From the NCBI GenBank assembly GCA_964016885.1, contig OZ024741.1, positions 150,226,001 through 150,290,000 of the forward strand: a DNA stretch of 64,000 nucleotides, read 5' to 3'. The notes beneath the pieces are model-generated. The model was given only the letters and a program-made list of their open reading frames with translations, was not told the DNA's origin and did no database searches. Shown piece after piece: positions 1 to 17,404 of this stretch. A program made the translations under genes and the position numbers. The stretch's first letter is position 1. The number at the start of each line of letters is the position of its first letter. The stretch comes from Eledone cirrhosa. Its lineage: Eukaryota.

Positions 1-702
1 GGATTAAATGTTTCGGTGTTTGTCCTGGCTCTGTGCTTTGTGTTCATATTTTTCCAAGGTCAACTTTGCCTTCTAGACTTTCGGTGTCGATAAATAAAGT
101 CCCAATCTAGGGACTGTCGGCATTTGTTCCGACCTTGCGCGTTCTGATTTCGGAATAGGGTGACATGTCAGCCAGAATTTGCGACCTGGCAGATAGCATC
201 AGCAATAGAAAGACCAATGGGAACGTTGTTTCTGTGGTCTGATTTGACAATCAACTTCTTTTTATCCCCCACTATATATATTCCCGAACCACCACACCAC
301 CAAATCATCACATTACACCACTTCGCTCCTGCATAAACACCACAATATTACACCACACCACCACCACCACCACCACTACCACCACCACCACTATGTCACA
401 CAACCATACCACACCACACCATCACCATCACTACATACAAAACACCCTCATCACTACACCACACCACCATTATAGCACACCACTACACTCCAACCACTAC
501 ACCTCCCGACCACGATTACACCATACCACCACCACCATACCCACACACTTCCCTATTCCCACATCCCCACGCCACAACTCCACAGTACTCAGATGAATTA
601 ATTCCTCATTTGAGAAATGTCCAGTAATTGTTCACACTCCAGCGATTTCTATCTGTTGGTTGAATTCTCGTTTATTCTCGTTTCAGAGAACTTTGAAAGA
701 CT

Positions 703-757
<55 letters not shown>

Positions 758-1255
758 GATGATGGTAATGATGATGATGATGATCATCATAGCGGGCGGG
801 GGGTACCATTGACGGTACTGAGAGAGGGGGGGGAGTAAAGAAGAGGAAGACGAGAAAAAAGTAGAAGAAAGCTGATTGAAAATTATGGACAAGAAAAACT
901 TAGAGATTGAAGTGTTTTCATATAGAATATCTGTCTGGTTGTCTGCCTCTCTCTCTCCCCCCTCTCTCTCATATATATATATGTGTGTGTGTGTATGTAT
1001 ATATATATAAAAGTATTTGTATATTATTAAATATACAATACGTACATTCATATATGTGTGTGTGTGTGTGCGTGTGTGTGTGTGTGCAGTTGATACAGAG
1101 AGACACCTGAAAATTGAATCAAGCCACATATTAAAATACATGCATTGCATATATATTTATATTTATATGAATATATAGCTTGATTATATTGCATTTTTAT
1201 CTTCTTATTAACTGAATGTACACACCCACACATCCACACACACTTACTCACACAC

Positions 1256-1334
<79 letters not shown>

Positions 1335-2893
1335 TATATATATACACATACATACATATATAAATGAAAAGAATCAAATTTAGAGCGATTAATTTAGATG
1401 TATATATATGTATGTATATATACATATATATATACATATATATACACATCTAAATTAATCGCTTTAAATTTGATTCTTTTCATTTGTATCCTACTATCTC
1501 GCTAATCACTTTGCATGAAAATAAAATATTATTAGCCTGATTGGGAGATATTTAACCAAACAGAATAAACTACTGAAACGACGTTATTTATCCAGTGGCA
1601 AATTGACAATGTCGTGAGTGCCTCAGCATATGTTCTGTCTCCTTGCACTTCGAGTTCAAATCCATTGCGGTCAGCTTTGTCTTTTATCCTTTATGGATCG
1701 ATAAATAAAATACCACTTCAGCGCTTGAGGATTCGCAGATTTGTATAAAGAATCAGACGGGGTGCTTTAAGGTATCCAATCCGATTCTGTGCGTTTCTAT
1801 TTCAAATCCTTTCTCTTTCTGCCAAGATTTGCGACTGGCCGATAGTATCAGCAATAGAAAAAAAAAACAATGGGAAATAATTTTCTTGTTCCAATCCTGC
1901 GATCAATTCCTATCCTTTTATTTTTTAAAAAATCGGTATATAACATTTTTCAGTCTATGATGATGGATACGTTCGGAAGAGCTACGTTGGCGGCTCGTCT
2001 TACTGAAATATCAGGTGATACTTTCACGTGAAGTTGCTTGGTTATCCCAGCATCCTGTGATTTGAACTCAGAGCGTAGAGAACGGGAACAGATATCGTGT
2101 GGCATCCCACCAATCTCGTCGGACTGGTATATTATTTATCGACTCCGCAAGGATGACTGGCAAAATAAACCTCAATTGGCAGAGCGCAGAGAATCGAAAG
2201 AAATACCATGAGGCATTATTTTCGAGACACTCTAACAACTCTGTTAATTGGCTGCCTAGACCAGACGACATTAAACTAATGTAATACTCAATTGTAATTT
2301 CATAAATCTCTTTAAACCGTTGTCAGCAAGTCTGCCAAATATTTCCATAAATGTTCTATTCTCCCAAGATTTCTGATCACAATTTTTTTTCTCATTTTTT
2401 ACCATTTTTATATTTTTATCATTTTTTCCCTCAAAATTATTCTCATTCACGAGATTGAGTCACACTTCCATCACCTCTTAAACGTATTTATATAACATTT
2501 TATTAGATTTTCAATACGTTCTATTTAGATTTTTTTTATGTGACCATTTATATATAATGAAATTTTTTGTCATAAAGTTTAATCATCATTTTTTAAAATC
2601 TGTTACTGTTTTCTAATGAGATTGTGCTTGCTTGCTCGTTCATTCTTAATTTAAGGCTAATTTTCTATAGTCATAAACATAATTGATTTTAACGTTCTGA
2701 TTTATCAATTTATTTATTCTTTTATTCCCTTACTCATTTCAGTCATTACAGAGCGGCCATGTTGGGGTTCCAGCTTGAAGAGATTTAGTCAATTATATCA
2801 ACCCCTGTACTTTTTTTTAAAGTTTGGTACTTATTTTATAGATATCTTTTTGTCAAATCCCTAATTTACGGGGCATAAACAAACAGTAAGCGT

Positions 2894-2984
<91 letters not shown>

Positions 2985-3002
2985 TTCTCTCTCTCTCATT
3001 CT

Positions 3003-3039
<37 letters not shown>

Positions 3040-3256
3040 TCCCCCTCTCTCTTTCTCTCACACACATCATATCTTATGAATTACCGAAGCGCTGGTAATT
3101 TTTTCTGTCTATTTTCCGTCTATTTTGTGTTCGGGGTTCCCGCATTTTCAAATACATATATACGACGGTCTTTTATACAGTCCCCTCCCCAGCAATTTCC
3201 CTTACAATGCATTGGTCTAGAATAGAAAATACTTGTCTAATCTACAGCCCACTCGC

Positions 3257-3388
3257 AGGGCGCCACCTAACGAGTTCCAGCAGAAAGCGAGTTAGAGGGG
3301 TGCATTACCTTGATAACGGCTATATAAGTCAGAAAGAGCTGTCGGTAATTTCCTCTTGCTTTTGCTGGAACTCGCTAGATGGCGCCCT
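3257..3388. mobile_element. Small inverted-repeat element (MITE-like)
   Basis: agggcgccacctaacgagttccagcagaaagc at about 3257 is the imperfect reverse complement of gcttttgctggaactcgctagatggcgccct ending at about 3388. Confidence 0.5.
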
Positions 3389-5355
3389 TCCACCACCTTT
3401 TAAAATTAGGAGGCGCTTGCGAGGTATGTATCTATGTATATAGTCACGACTATAGTTGATAGTATTGCGTTTTTGATTCGTTTCCATATATGAAAATCTC
3501 CGAGTTTGCCTAGTTTATTACGATTTGATATTAGGATAAAACTTTCTAGGAACTATTTCATTAATAACACACACAAGCACTCTTGCGGTATCTGTTCCAA
3601 CTGTGTGTTCAGATTTCAAATCACATCTCCTGTAACAACAAGGTCAATAAAGACATAATTTCATTAATTTGATCTGATAAGCGAATCCTTTGCCTCTCTC
3701 CAGAAGTTAACAATAAACATTTTTGATTTGTATTTAGAGCACGGATCAATGTATGGCGTGACTATTTGGTTTTTAGGTAAATAAAAGTTTTTGAACAAAA
3801 ATGTTAATCTATGATGACAAAAAGATATTAATTCTGGTCGGGCGTTTGTGACAATATATTCATTTAATTAATAACTTTTTGATATTACAAATCAAAATTA
3901 TATATCACCTGACTACTGAACACTAAACAGTCACGTTTTGCACGATTTAAGAAATAATTCAAAGAATGCGAAAGATTGGGTAGAAAAGGTAGAACCATTT
4001 AATACAGACACTAAATGACAACCATCACCATAACTATCATCACTACCACCACCACCACAACAACAAGAACAACAAGAACAGCAACAATAATAATATTGAT
4101 AATACTATTATACGTAACTATAATAATAATAGTTTACAGTTTAGGTAAAAGTTCAGCAATTGTGAAGGAAGAGGAAGAGACTGTCGGTTATTTCGAGCCC
4201 CTGTACTTTATTATCTCGACCACTGAATGATGAAAAGCTAAGATGATCTCGGCAGAAAATGAAGTCAGATCGTAGAGAGCCGGAATTTCCACAAGACATT
4301 TAATCCAACGCTCAAACAACTTTGCCAATCCTCCAGCTTCAATTAAAATCGGGACTACTTGAATAATATGGAACATTGTTGAGACGAAAAACTCTCAATT
4401 CGGCGTTTCAACTTGAAATAATTCTACTAGATTTGTGATTTATCAAATCTTTCATTTTCGATGAAATTTGGAGAACATACATATCTACATCAACGCAACA
4501 GCTCGATCTGATACGAAAAATTCTTTGTATTACTTCTTTCATTTGCAGAAATTTCTAGTTTTATTGCTTTTTGTGTTGAACACTATGTGTAGATAAGTTT
4601 TTACTTATTTTCCCGCAACCTTATTGTTTTCTAGAATTGCTTTATTCTTTAAACAAGTATCCTCTCTATATTCTGTGGCGTCACTTTTATTTACAGAAAG
4701 CTATTTTCTATTTCTTTATTTCTATTATCTTTTTATGTTTTATGTAAGAGAACTAACTGCCTTTTATCCTCCTTTCTTGCTAATTTCTCTTTCTATTTAC
4801 ACTTTACTCATTGGTTCTTTTACTTGCTAGAGTTAGTAGACTGCGGCCATGCAGGACCAACACATTATTGTCATACTTCATTTTTTTTCCCTTTCAAGAA
4901 ACACACCTGTTGTTGCTGCTGTTGTTGTTGCTGTTGTTGCTGTGGCTGTTGTTGTAATTATTGCTATCGTTGTTGTTGTTGTTATTGCTGCTGTTGTTGT
5001 TGTTTTTGTTATTGTTGCTGCTGTTGTTGGCCTAATATCAACTCAAACTTATTCATTCATTTCATAAGATGGTTGCGAAGTTTGTTCCACAAACACGTGA
5101 TGTCTGCTTCAGCTTTACTATCTAGCATCTTAAGCAAGTGTCTTCAACTACAAATTTGTGTCAACCAATTTTCATTGGTAGACAGAATCCAAGGAGAATC
5201 TCGTTGTCAGAGGGACGACCGTTTGTGTTCATGTTATGGTGGACTTAGTCTCGCAGTTTAACACCACTACTGGGTATTTAACAGAGTTCCCTCAGTTGCA
5301 GTCATATATATATATATATCTGTACGTATTCTATTTGAGTGTGCATGCAGATGCA

Positions 5356-5418
<63 letters not shown>

Positions 5419-5453
5419 AACAAAAAGTTATTACTCTACATGGCTGGATACAA

Positions 5454-5614
5454 TAAATGTAACCTGAGTTTTTCGAATATTAATAATAATATTCGATTCG
5501 TTTGCAATTATGCAAACAAGCCTCTTTTAAGACATGGCTTAAAAGAGGCTCTTTTGCATAATTGCAAACGATTCGAATATTATTATTAATATTCGGAAAA
5601 CTCAGATTACATTT

Positions 5615-5615
<1 letters not shown>
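5454..5615. repeat. Near-perfect hairpin, 78-bp arms, 6-nt loop
   Basis: Arms 5454-5531 and 5538-5615 are reverse complements with few mismatches, between (TA)n and (CA)n tracts. Confidence 0.85.
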
Positions 5616-5665
<50 letters not shown>

Positions 5666-5986
5666 GTCTAAGTCAGTGTTGTAGCATAGGTACAAACTTT
5701 ATTTGCATGTTACAACGTGCTTCGATATCTATTTACAGACTGCACACTACAGCCATAATACTGGAATACAAATCTAACCAAACCGATCTCGTAACAGCAT
5801 CGAGTGCTTCGAACGGCGCACCACCTGATGTTACACACATAACTTACACAGACACACACACACACACACACACACACAAATACACCCCCCCCCCCCACAC
5901 ACACATACATATATATATATATATAAAATACATTTTTTCCAATTCCAACCCACCCGTCCCCTCAATCTATCTTATTCCTCATTGTT

Positions 5987-6022
5987 TCTTCTGATGAAGG
6001 ACTAGCGTCCGAAACGTTAAAA
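5987..6022 (+). ncRNA. Minimal type I hammerhead ribozyme motif (family F1)
   Basis: UCUU-CUGAUGA-A-GGAC(UAGC)GUCC-GAAACGUU-AAAA. The homologous copy at 32645-32680 (-) has the matching stem I strand AAGA. Confidence 0.7.
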
Positions 6023-6135
6023 CCCTCTTCCTGCTATATCAAGCGTTAACCTAATATATCCATTCCATATAGTGTACCGATTGTGTTGTTATTTCTGTTT
6101 ACCTTTTACATACATATATATATACATATATATAT

Positions 6136-6239
<104 letters not shown>

Positions 6240-6285
6240 GAAGTAACAGGAGGCTGGACTGGTGTAAATCCCTGAAAGGTTTATT

Positions 6286-6343
6286 ATACTATGATCATTT
6301 CAATGTCCGGGCTCAATATGAATCCGGTGATATCATCAGGTAT
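6286..6343 (-). ncRNA. Type I hammerhead ribozyme motif (family F2)
   Basis: Minus strand: AUAC-CUGAUGA-..CCGG..CCGG..-GAAAU(GAUC)AUA-GUAU, with palindromic stem III AUGAUCAU. Confidence 0.75.
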
Positions 6344-7440
6344 TGGAACATAACAAAGGAATATGTAAAAAGCCATGGGTCCGAACAACCATTGATCCGA
6401 GATACCAGAGACAGAGAAGGCGGCTGACCAACTAGCTTCACAGCCAGCCGCCCTCAAAGTGTTGGCAACCGAAACACTTCCAGTGAACATCTGGTAAGGG
6501 GGCGCAGGCCTATCATGTACTACCACCACTCCGTCAAAGAAGAAGGGGAAGAAAGAAAGAAAGGGAGAAAGAAGTGCAGTGTAAGGGTCAAAATACATTC
6601 ATGTTAGAAAATGCTGCGAAAAGAATGCTACCCAAAGAATCTATAGTGGGTGTCTGTATGGTCTAATGTGTGAACCGAAGATTGGAACGCTAAACTTATG
6701 TTGCGAGTTATAGGATTAAATAAATTAAATTAAAAATATTATCTTGCAAAATGGTAAATTGAAAAATAGAGGTAGCGAGATTTATTTATTTAACGAACTT
6801 ATGGAGAGAGTCTTATATGAACAAATTTTTTTTAACTCGATAAGCTATTAGGATGGCATATAGAGTAAAGATTTCGATTGGGAGTCCCAGTCAGCACACC
6901 CAACATCATGAGTCAGCCAGTCTCGAGGGGTATCGTACAGCGAAAGAAATGGAAATTAATTTTTCCGAGTACTCTAGGAACGTAACTAACTTTGGCCCCG
7001 GGATCGCTAGCGGGAACCCCACAATTTCGACAGGCCATCATCTATACCACGAATACTATTAAATCACACATTAGGGGTTTATTTACGTGTCAATAGAGGC
7101 AAGATACAGCTAATAGTTGTGCCCAAACCTGGAGTTTGTAGGTACAGGTATAATTTGGCGGCCAAAACAAGCGGCGCGGTGGGACTGGGGCAGAGCAAGC
7201 CACTCCGAGTAATTTCATTTAGCGAAAGAGGAGAAATTTATTTTTCCGAGCACTCAAGGAAGGCTGAATTTTCCGAGTGCCCAGATTATTGAAGTTGCAT
7301 CTTTCGCAAGGGATGAAAAAGTATCCTTACTGCAGTTTCAAAATCCAAAGAATAACCAGGATTGACCATACGGAATGACCAGTTCTATCCAGTGGTGAAC
7401 CAACAAACCTTAAGAAATATATATATATATATATATATAT

Positions 7441-9546
<2,106 letters not shown>

Positions 9547-9893
9547 TATATATTGAATTGAATTAGTAACTTTTGCCGTATGTTTGAATTCAGAAAATAA
9601 TCTAATAATAATAGGGTGTATAAGGGCATATGCTCCCAGAAGGGAAAAAAATGGGCATTAACATGCGTGGTAATCGAACTGACACTTCTTATTTTCATGA
9701 TGTACAAGCCGACTAAATCAACGTGCCTACCAGATTTTCTACGTTAAATTTAGGAGCTATGATTTAATAGCTATACACACACACACACATATATAATATA
9801 AACATCACGTATGTAGAAGACGACGGTGGGATTCGAAAAGTGAATTGAATTAATAACTTTCGCCGTATTTTCTGTAGCTAAAATACTAATTCA

Positions 9894-9993
<100 letters not shown>

Positions 9994-10074
9994 AAGTAAA
10001 TTTTTCAGAATAAGAATAACATCTCAATGAGAAGAGGTCGCTAAAATAATCTCATTCAGAGAAGCAAATAGATA

Positions 10075-10272
10075 TATAATATCTTATACAAAATCGCTGA
10101 GGGGCAGATTATTGAAGTAGCATCTTTCCTCAGGGATAAAAAAGTATCCTTACTGCAGTTTCAAAATCCAAAGAATAACAGGTATGGATTTTGAAACTGT
10201 AGTAAGGATAATCCTATCCCTGGGGAAAGATGGTTCTACAGTAATCAGCCCTTCAGTGATTTTGTATAAGAT
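10075..10272. mobile_element. Fold-back element carrying only the 3' half of an HHR
   Basis: Diverged inverted arms about 10075-10168 and 10185-10272, with a GAAAC(UGCA)GUA motif. Homolog at about 7283-7360. Confidence 0.55.
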
Positions 10273-10285
10273 GTAGATGATATAC

Positions 10286-10389
<104 letters not shown>

Positions 10390-10575
10390 GTAGTTAGGAA
10401 AGCAGAAAATTGCTTATTGTGATCCAGTTCGTGGTTAAGAAAGCCAGTTTCATGGACGGTTTCAACATACGGTTTAGGGTAACTCCACAAGTTAGTAAGA
10501 ATTCCGTTCAATCTTGGAGTATAAAGTATAAAAGAGAAAACACAGGTAAGCATTAAAAGAAGGATTTTATCCAGG

Positions 10576-10676
10576 TATTTACGACCGTTTCATTGGTAAG
10601 TGCAACCTTATATTGCTATACTGCAAATAGCAGCCACTCAATTATAATTGTTGTTCACGTCCAAATTTTCAAAATA
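10576..10676 (-). ncRNA. Type I hammerhead motif, U3-A8 core variant (F5)
   Basis: Minus strand: UAUU-UUGAAAA-UUUGG...CCAAU-GAAAC(GGUC)GUA-AAUA. An inverted arm at 10681-10738 starts at the GUA triplet. Confidence 0.65.
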
Positions 10677-10751
10677 GTGAGTAAATACCTGGATAAAATC
10701 CTTCTCTTAATGCTTACCTATGTTTTCTCTTCTATACTGTATATATATATG

Positions 10752-10785
<34 letters not shown>

Positions 10786-10797
10786 TATATACATATA

Positions 10798-10881
<84 letters not shown>

Positions 10882-10908
10882 TATGTATATATGTATGTTA
10901 TACACACA

Positions 10909-11019
<111 letters not shown>

Positions 11020-11127
11020 ATATATATATATATATATATATATATTTAAAGCGCTGATTTGATTTTTTCAATATCCAGATTGGCGAAAGGCAATTCAGAG
11101 ATAAATCCAGTTAGTATACTTCCGGTC

Positions 11128-11251
<124 letters not shown>

Positions 11252-11292
11252 CCCCCCACCCACACACCCACACACACCCCCACACACACACG

Positions 11293-11339
<47 letters not shown>

Positions 11340-11562
11340 TTTGTTGCTTTGCCAACTGTAACTGACTATCTTTCATTTCAAAATTACCTTCCAGCTCAGT
11401 TACATGTTGTTTTAACAATATTTTCTATAATTTTTTTCTCTCTATCTTTAAACTGTATCTCCTGATGAAGGGCGATACGTTGAACTCTCTTTTCTCTCCC
11501 TTACATGTAAGGTGAACATACATTGTTTTGTATCCCAGTGTTTGGCTTTTTAAATATATATT

Positions 11563-11689
<127 letters not shown>

Positions 11690-12089
11690 ACGCATACACG
11701 TACGCACACACACACACACATACACACAAACATATATATATACTGGTAGCTTAGTTCGGATCTAGCTGTCGAAACGGCCGGAGCTCAGCCGTCGGGGTCC
11801 TGACTCTTTTCACACACACACAGAGACACACACACACATACACACACACACATATATATATACATGAATGTGTGTGTATGTACATAATCAGAGCGTAGGT
11901 GTTTATCTGTTAACTATATTTCCTACCATATTTTTCTTCGACTCTTTTCTGACTCTTCCCACGTGTTCCCTCTCCCCTTCTCCGTTGTCGTTTTCCTACC
12001 TTCTTCCTAATTCTTTTTAATCCTTCACGTACACTTTTTATTCCCATCTCCACTCTTCGACCTGATACATCTAACTTGACAGCAATTAT

Positions 12090-12258
12090 ATTGGTAGAGG
12101 GTCAGACATGCTTTCCAGCGTAGTTACGTCCCTTTACGATCTGAGTTCAAATCCCGCCGAGCTTAACTTTGCCTTTCATCCTTACGGGTCGATAAAATAA
12201 AGTACCAGTAATGAACTGGGTAATTGCTGGCCTTGTGCCAATAGTAGAAACAATTATA
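12090..12258 (+). mobile_element. tRNA-derived SINE (family S1)
   Basis: B box gagttcaaatcc, core aactttgcctttcatccttacgggtcgataaaataaagtacc, 3' end ggccttgtgccaatagtagaaacaatt. Confidence 0.85.
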
Positions 12259-12607
12259 CAACGAGAACAAAAACACTACAAAATGAAATAAAAAAAAAAA
12301 AAACTATAATAACACAACAAAAACTAAACAAAACAAAAACCCATGTAAATTACAATAAACGAATAGATATGTAATTCAGAATTAAATTTAAAAAAGAAAA
12401 ATATATAAACATAAAACAACAAACAACAGCAAATAAAACACACACACATGCAATATAATCGTCGCCATCATTATCAATGGACACGAGTGTTAGAATGTGA
12501 GAATGAGTGTGATATTTGGCTTTGTGATGATATTGTTGACAGCATGGGGATGTATGGAGATATAGGAGGAATCTGTCTATTTACTAAATCAGAGTCAGTG
12601 AGTAGTG

Positions 12608-12912
12608 AAGGGTCGTAGCCTAGAGGTTAGTGGGTGATCAGCTAACAATCGTTATGAATTCGATTCCTGGTGGGCGCTGTGTCTTTGAGCGAAAAACTTT
12701 ATTTCATGCTGCTCCAGTCCACGCAACTGGCAAACATCCGTTGTATCTGTAATTCAAACTTATTTGAGGCTGAATTTCTCCGAGAACTGCATTAAGGATA
12801 CATGTGACTAAAGAATGCTCAGCCACGCGCGTATTCATTTCACGTGCATGTTGCTCCATTGTTTGATCATCTGGAACACACCTCGTCGAAAACGATGGAG
12901 ATCCAACAACAA
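12608..12912 (+). mobile_element. Second tRNA-derived SINE family (S2), degenerate
   Basis: A/B-box-like gtagcctagagg and gaattcgattcc, (caa) tail. Related pieces at about 33300-33615 (+), 40840-41110 (-) and 47010-47155 (-). Confidence 0.6.
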
Positions 12913-12936
12913 GAGTCAGTGAGTCGTCTTAATTAA

Positions 12937-13152
12937 CCCCTTAGCATTTAAACCGGCTGTATCCGGCTAGAATTCCCCCACCCTCTCTGTTTAAACCGGC
13001 TGTAACCGGCCGCTCATACTGATGTTAGGATATTGTTCTCAAAATAAATGTTAAAATCTCATAGATTCAATATTATGTGAGATACTATGTGAGGTAAAGC
13101 CTTTACTGTGAAAATATATAGTAAATATAGAGTAATGTGAATACTAAAAGGG
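12937..13152. mobile_element. piggyBac-like MITE
   Basis: TTAA on both sides (12933-12936 and 13153-13156). Termini ccccttagcatt and aatactaaaaggg are imperfect inverted repeats starting CCC. Confidence 0.7.
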
Positions 13153-13647
13153 TTAATCACTTATTTAAAACTTAGAAGTTTCTTAATGAGTTTAATATGG
13201 CGACAACAGTGCAACAGACAATAGTTGACCGAAAATGAAGGCTTTTATATTACAGTAAAATGAAACCCTTACACCACCACCACCACCACCACCACCACCA
13301 CCACCACACCACCACCACCACCACCACCACCACCACCACCACCACCACCACCACCACCACCACCACCATCACCATCACACAAAACACCACACAATAAAAC
13401 AAAGCAGAAACAGACAAGTAATTGAATTAATTTGATGCGACAGATTTTTCAGCTGATTGTGTCAATGAAAAATAATTGTTGATAACAGATGTTGACAGCA
13501 AATTATGAAGCGATATATATATATATATACATATATATGTATATATTAATATGTGTTATATATATATGTATATATATATATATACTGTATATGTAGGTAT
13601 ACATTTATATGTATATATATATATGTATATATATTTATGTATATATT

Positions 13648-13678
<31 letters not shown>

Positions 13679-13706
13679 ATTTAAGTGCATATATATACAT
13701 ACATAC

Positions 13707-14722
<1,016 letters not shown>

Positions 14723-14785
14723 AAGATGATTTTTTTAAAAAAGATGTCCCAAACGACAACAGAAACACAAACTCTCCATCCCAAT

Positions 14786-14829
14786 TTTACTTTTGAAAAC
14801 CCTAAGAACTGTGAAACCGGTAAAGTAAA
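14786..14829 (+). ncRNA. Minimal type I hammerhead motif, U3-A8 variant (F7)
   Basis: UUUACUU-UUGAAAA-CCC(UAAGAAC)UGU-GAAAC(CG)GUA-AAGUAAA. The homolog at 21174-21217 has a paired stem II GCA/UGU. Confidence 0.65.
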
Positions 14830-14899
14830 TAAATAAATATTCTTAAAAGACTCCAGTTGCATTTTCAATTTCTTTTCCTAATATATATATATATATATA

Positions 14900-15478
14900 G
14901 TAATAATAGTAAAATTGAAGACTAAAATCCAAAGAGGGCTCGATAAGGAAAATATATATCAAATATATAAGAACCGTAGAGCAAATATTTATTAAAATAA
15001 CAGATTAAAGTTCAAGCAAAGAATCGCTGCTTTCACCCTTAACAGGATCTTCTGAAACTAACAAAGTCAATCTGTAAACGCAGAACTGGATATTTCAAAA
15101 AACGTTGCAACCGGAGGAAGACAGGAAGACGATACTTTGGTTCGTGGTAACGTTCGCTGGCAAAGAACGGGAAAAAACGAATAATACGTATGCACCACCT
15201 AAGAGAACATTAGTCTACGACCTCTTTTATACCATAAACGTGGTTTTGTCTTTGCGCGTAATTGTTTTTCACCGCTCCTATTAATGACGTATTATTCGTT
15301 TTTTCCCGTTCTTTGCCAGCGAACGTTACCACAAACCAAAGTATCGTCTTCCTGTCTTCCTCCGGTTGCAACGTTTTTTGAAATATCCACTTCTGCGTTT
15401 ACAGATTGACTTTGTTAGTTTCAGAAGATCCCGTTAAGGGTGAAAGCAGCGATTCTTTGCTTAAACTTTAATCTGTTA

Positions 15479-15485
<7 letters not shown>
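14900..15485. mobile_element. Fold-back element F8 (about 200-bp inverted arms) with HHR-like motif
   Basis: Arms about 14990-15186 and 15288-15485. Motif AGUUU-CAGAAGA-UCCC(GUUAA)GGGU-GAAAGCA..UGCUU-AAACU at 15417-15467, minus copies at 15009-15059 and 16922-16972. Rearranged copy at 16902-17122 and fragment at 23940-24035. Confidence 0.75.
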
Positions 15486-15519
<34 letters not shown>

Positions 15520-15524
<5 letters not shown>

Positions 15525-15735
15525 AACCAGTAAGACCCCGACGGCTGAGCTCAAGCCGTTTCGACGGCTAATTCTGGACTAAATTCTGGACTAAATTTAG
15601 TCCAGAATTAGCCGCCGAAACGGCCTGAGCTCAGCCGTCGGGGTCTTACTGGTTCCTATTACCCACTCTACTACCCTAAGTATTGAGTACTTTGGTGCGT
15701 TATGGTCCACCTGGTTCCTTACCACATTTCCTTCG

Positions 15736-15740
<5 letters not shown>
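15520..15740. mobile_element. Fold-back element F9 with 3' half of an HHR
   Basis: GAAACGGCCUGAGCUCAGCCGUC-GGGGUC at 15617-15645, inverted at about 15533-15563. Related pieces at about 11770-11800, 35309-35346 and 36062-36180. Confidence 0.7.
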
Positions 15741-15778
<38 letters not shown>

Positions 15779-15811
15779 CGTCTTCCCTACCCGCCGTCTT
15801 CAGAAATAATA

Positions 15812-15941
15812 ATTTCTGAAGACGGCAGGTAAGGGAAGACGTATGTATATTTTCTTACTTTGATAATTTGTAATATATTTTACATAGATCACTAACAGAA
15901 TGAACATACGGAGAACTACCCCCCAGAAACGATCGTAAAAT
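15812..15941 (+). ncRNA. Type I hammerhead motif with large loop 2 (F10)
   Basis: AUUU-CUGAAGA-CGGCAGGUAAG...CUACCCCCCA-GAAAC(GAUC)GUA-AAAU. The adjacent inverted arm 15771-15809 gives better-paired GGCGGGUAG and AUUAUUU. Confidence 0.7.
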
Positions 15942-16070
15942 AATGAGTTTTACTATGAATTACCCGTATTTTGTTTAATTTCATTGTTTTCACTATTTGT
16001 ATTATGTATATATATATATATATATGTATGTACAGTATATATATGTATATATATATATGTATATATACTG

Positions 16071-16101
<31 letters not shown>

Positions 16102-16132
16102 TAGGAAAAGAAATTGAAAATGCAACTGAAGT

Positions 16133-16191
<59 letters not shown>

Positions 16192-16418
16192 TCAATTTAG
16201 GAAAAAAGTAAGAAAATAAATACAAACCGGAATTGTGGTAACTACCAATCACCCAGACTTGTTGTTGTTTCGCAAAGTTAATTGTGAATAGAAATACCAA
16301 TCCAAGCTCATTCACCTTAGCGAATCAGGTCTCTTACGATTTGAACACATATATGTATATGTCTGTGTTCTGTTCGTTTTTCTTTTATATTATATATATA
16401 TATATGTATATATTTATA

Positions 16419-16757
16419 TATTGGTAAAAGGAAAAGAAAATGCTGACAAATTGTTCCCAGTGAAAAATAGTTTAATTAGGAATAAGTAAAAATTAGTAAT
16501 AGTATTGGTTAGTATTCAGTTTTGGTTTTAAGTTTTAAGTTTTTTGGTTTTGGTTTTAAGTTTTAAGTTTTTTGGTTTTGGTTTTAAGTTTTAAGTTTTT
16601 TGGTTTTGGTTTTAAGTTTTAGAAATGCGCAACCGGTAAAACTTAAAACCAAAACTGAATACTAACCAATACTATTACTAATTTTTACTTATTCCTAATT
16701 AAACTATTTTTCACTGGGAACAATTTGTCAGCATTTTCTTTTCCTTTTACCAATATA
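16419..16757. mobile_element. Fold-back element with an internal tandem repeat of about 25 bp
   Basis: Arms about 16419-16536 and 16638-16757. Repeated ttttggttttaagttttaagtt units lie between them, and gcaaccggta directly precedes the second arm. Confidence 0.75.
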
Positions 16758-16788
16758 TCATAACTCGTGTGTTACACCTCTATTCTTT

Positions 16789-16905
<117 letters not shown>

Positions 16906-17118
16906 TAAAATAACAGATTAAAGTTTAAGCAAAGAATTGCTGCTTTCACCCTTAACGGGATCTTCTGAAACTTACAAAGTCAATCTATAAACGCAGAAGT
17001 GGATATTTCAAAAAAACGTTGCAATATATAAATATTTGCTCTACGGTTCTTATATATTTGATATATATTTATCCTTATCGAGCCCTCTTTTGATTTTAGT
17101 CTTCAAATTTATTATTAT

Positions 17119-17169
<51 letters not shown>

Positions 17170-17404
17170 AAAGCATGTCCATAGAATCATTTGATAGTAT
17201 ATATACATCATTTCTTCTCCCAATTAGCATAATTAACCACACAAAAAATCAATTAGACCAGGCTATAAGATTAAAAGGCACCTATGAAGAAACAGTAAAT
17301 AAATAAACGATAGCAGCGTCTTCGCGGCCAACCGCTATAGAATATTTACCCAACATTTCAACAGCACGTGGAAATTAATTAAATATACGGTCAGTCATAC
17401 ACAA

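Noticed and set aside
2068-2340. Possible old LINE fragment or exon
   Set aside because: No diagnostic motif could be recovered.
11457-11515. CUGAUGA-AGGG..CCCU hammerhead candidate
   Set aside because: No GAAA or stem III follows, so it is at most a deleted remnant.
16255-16335. Minus-strand AGAC-CUGAUUC..GAAAC..GUCU
   Set aside because: The core and cleavage triplet are too degenerate to call.
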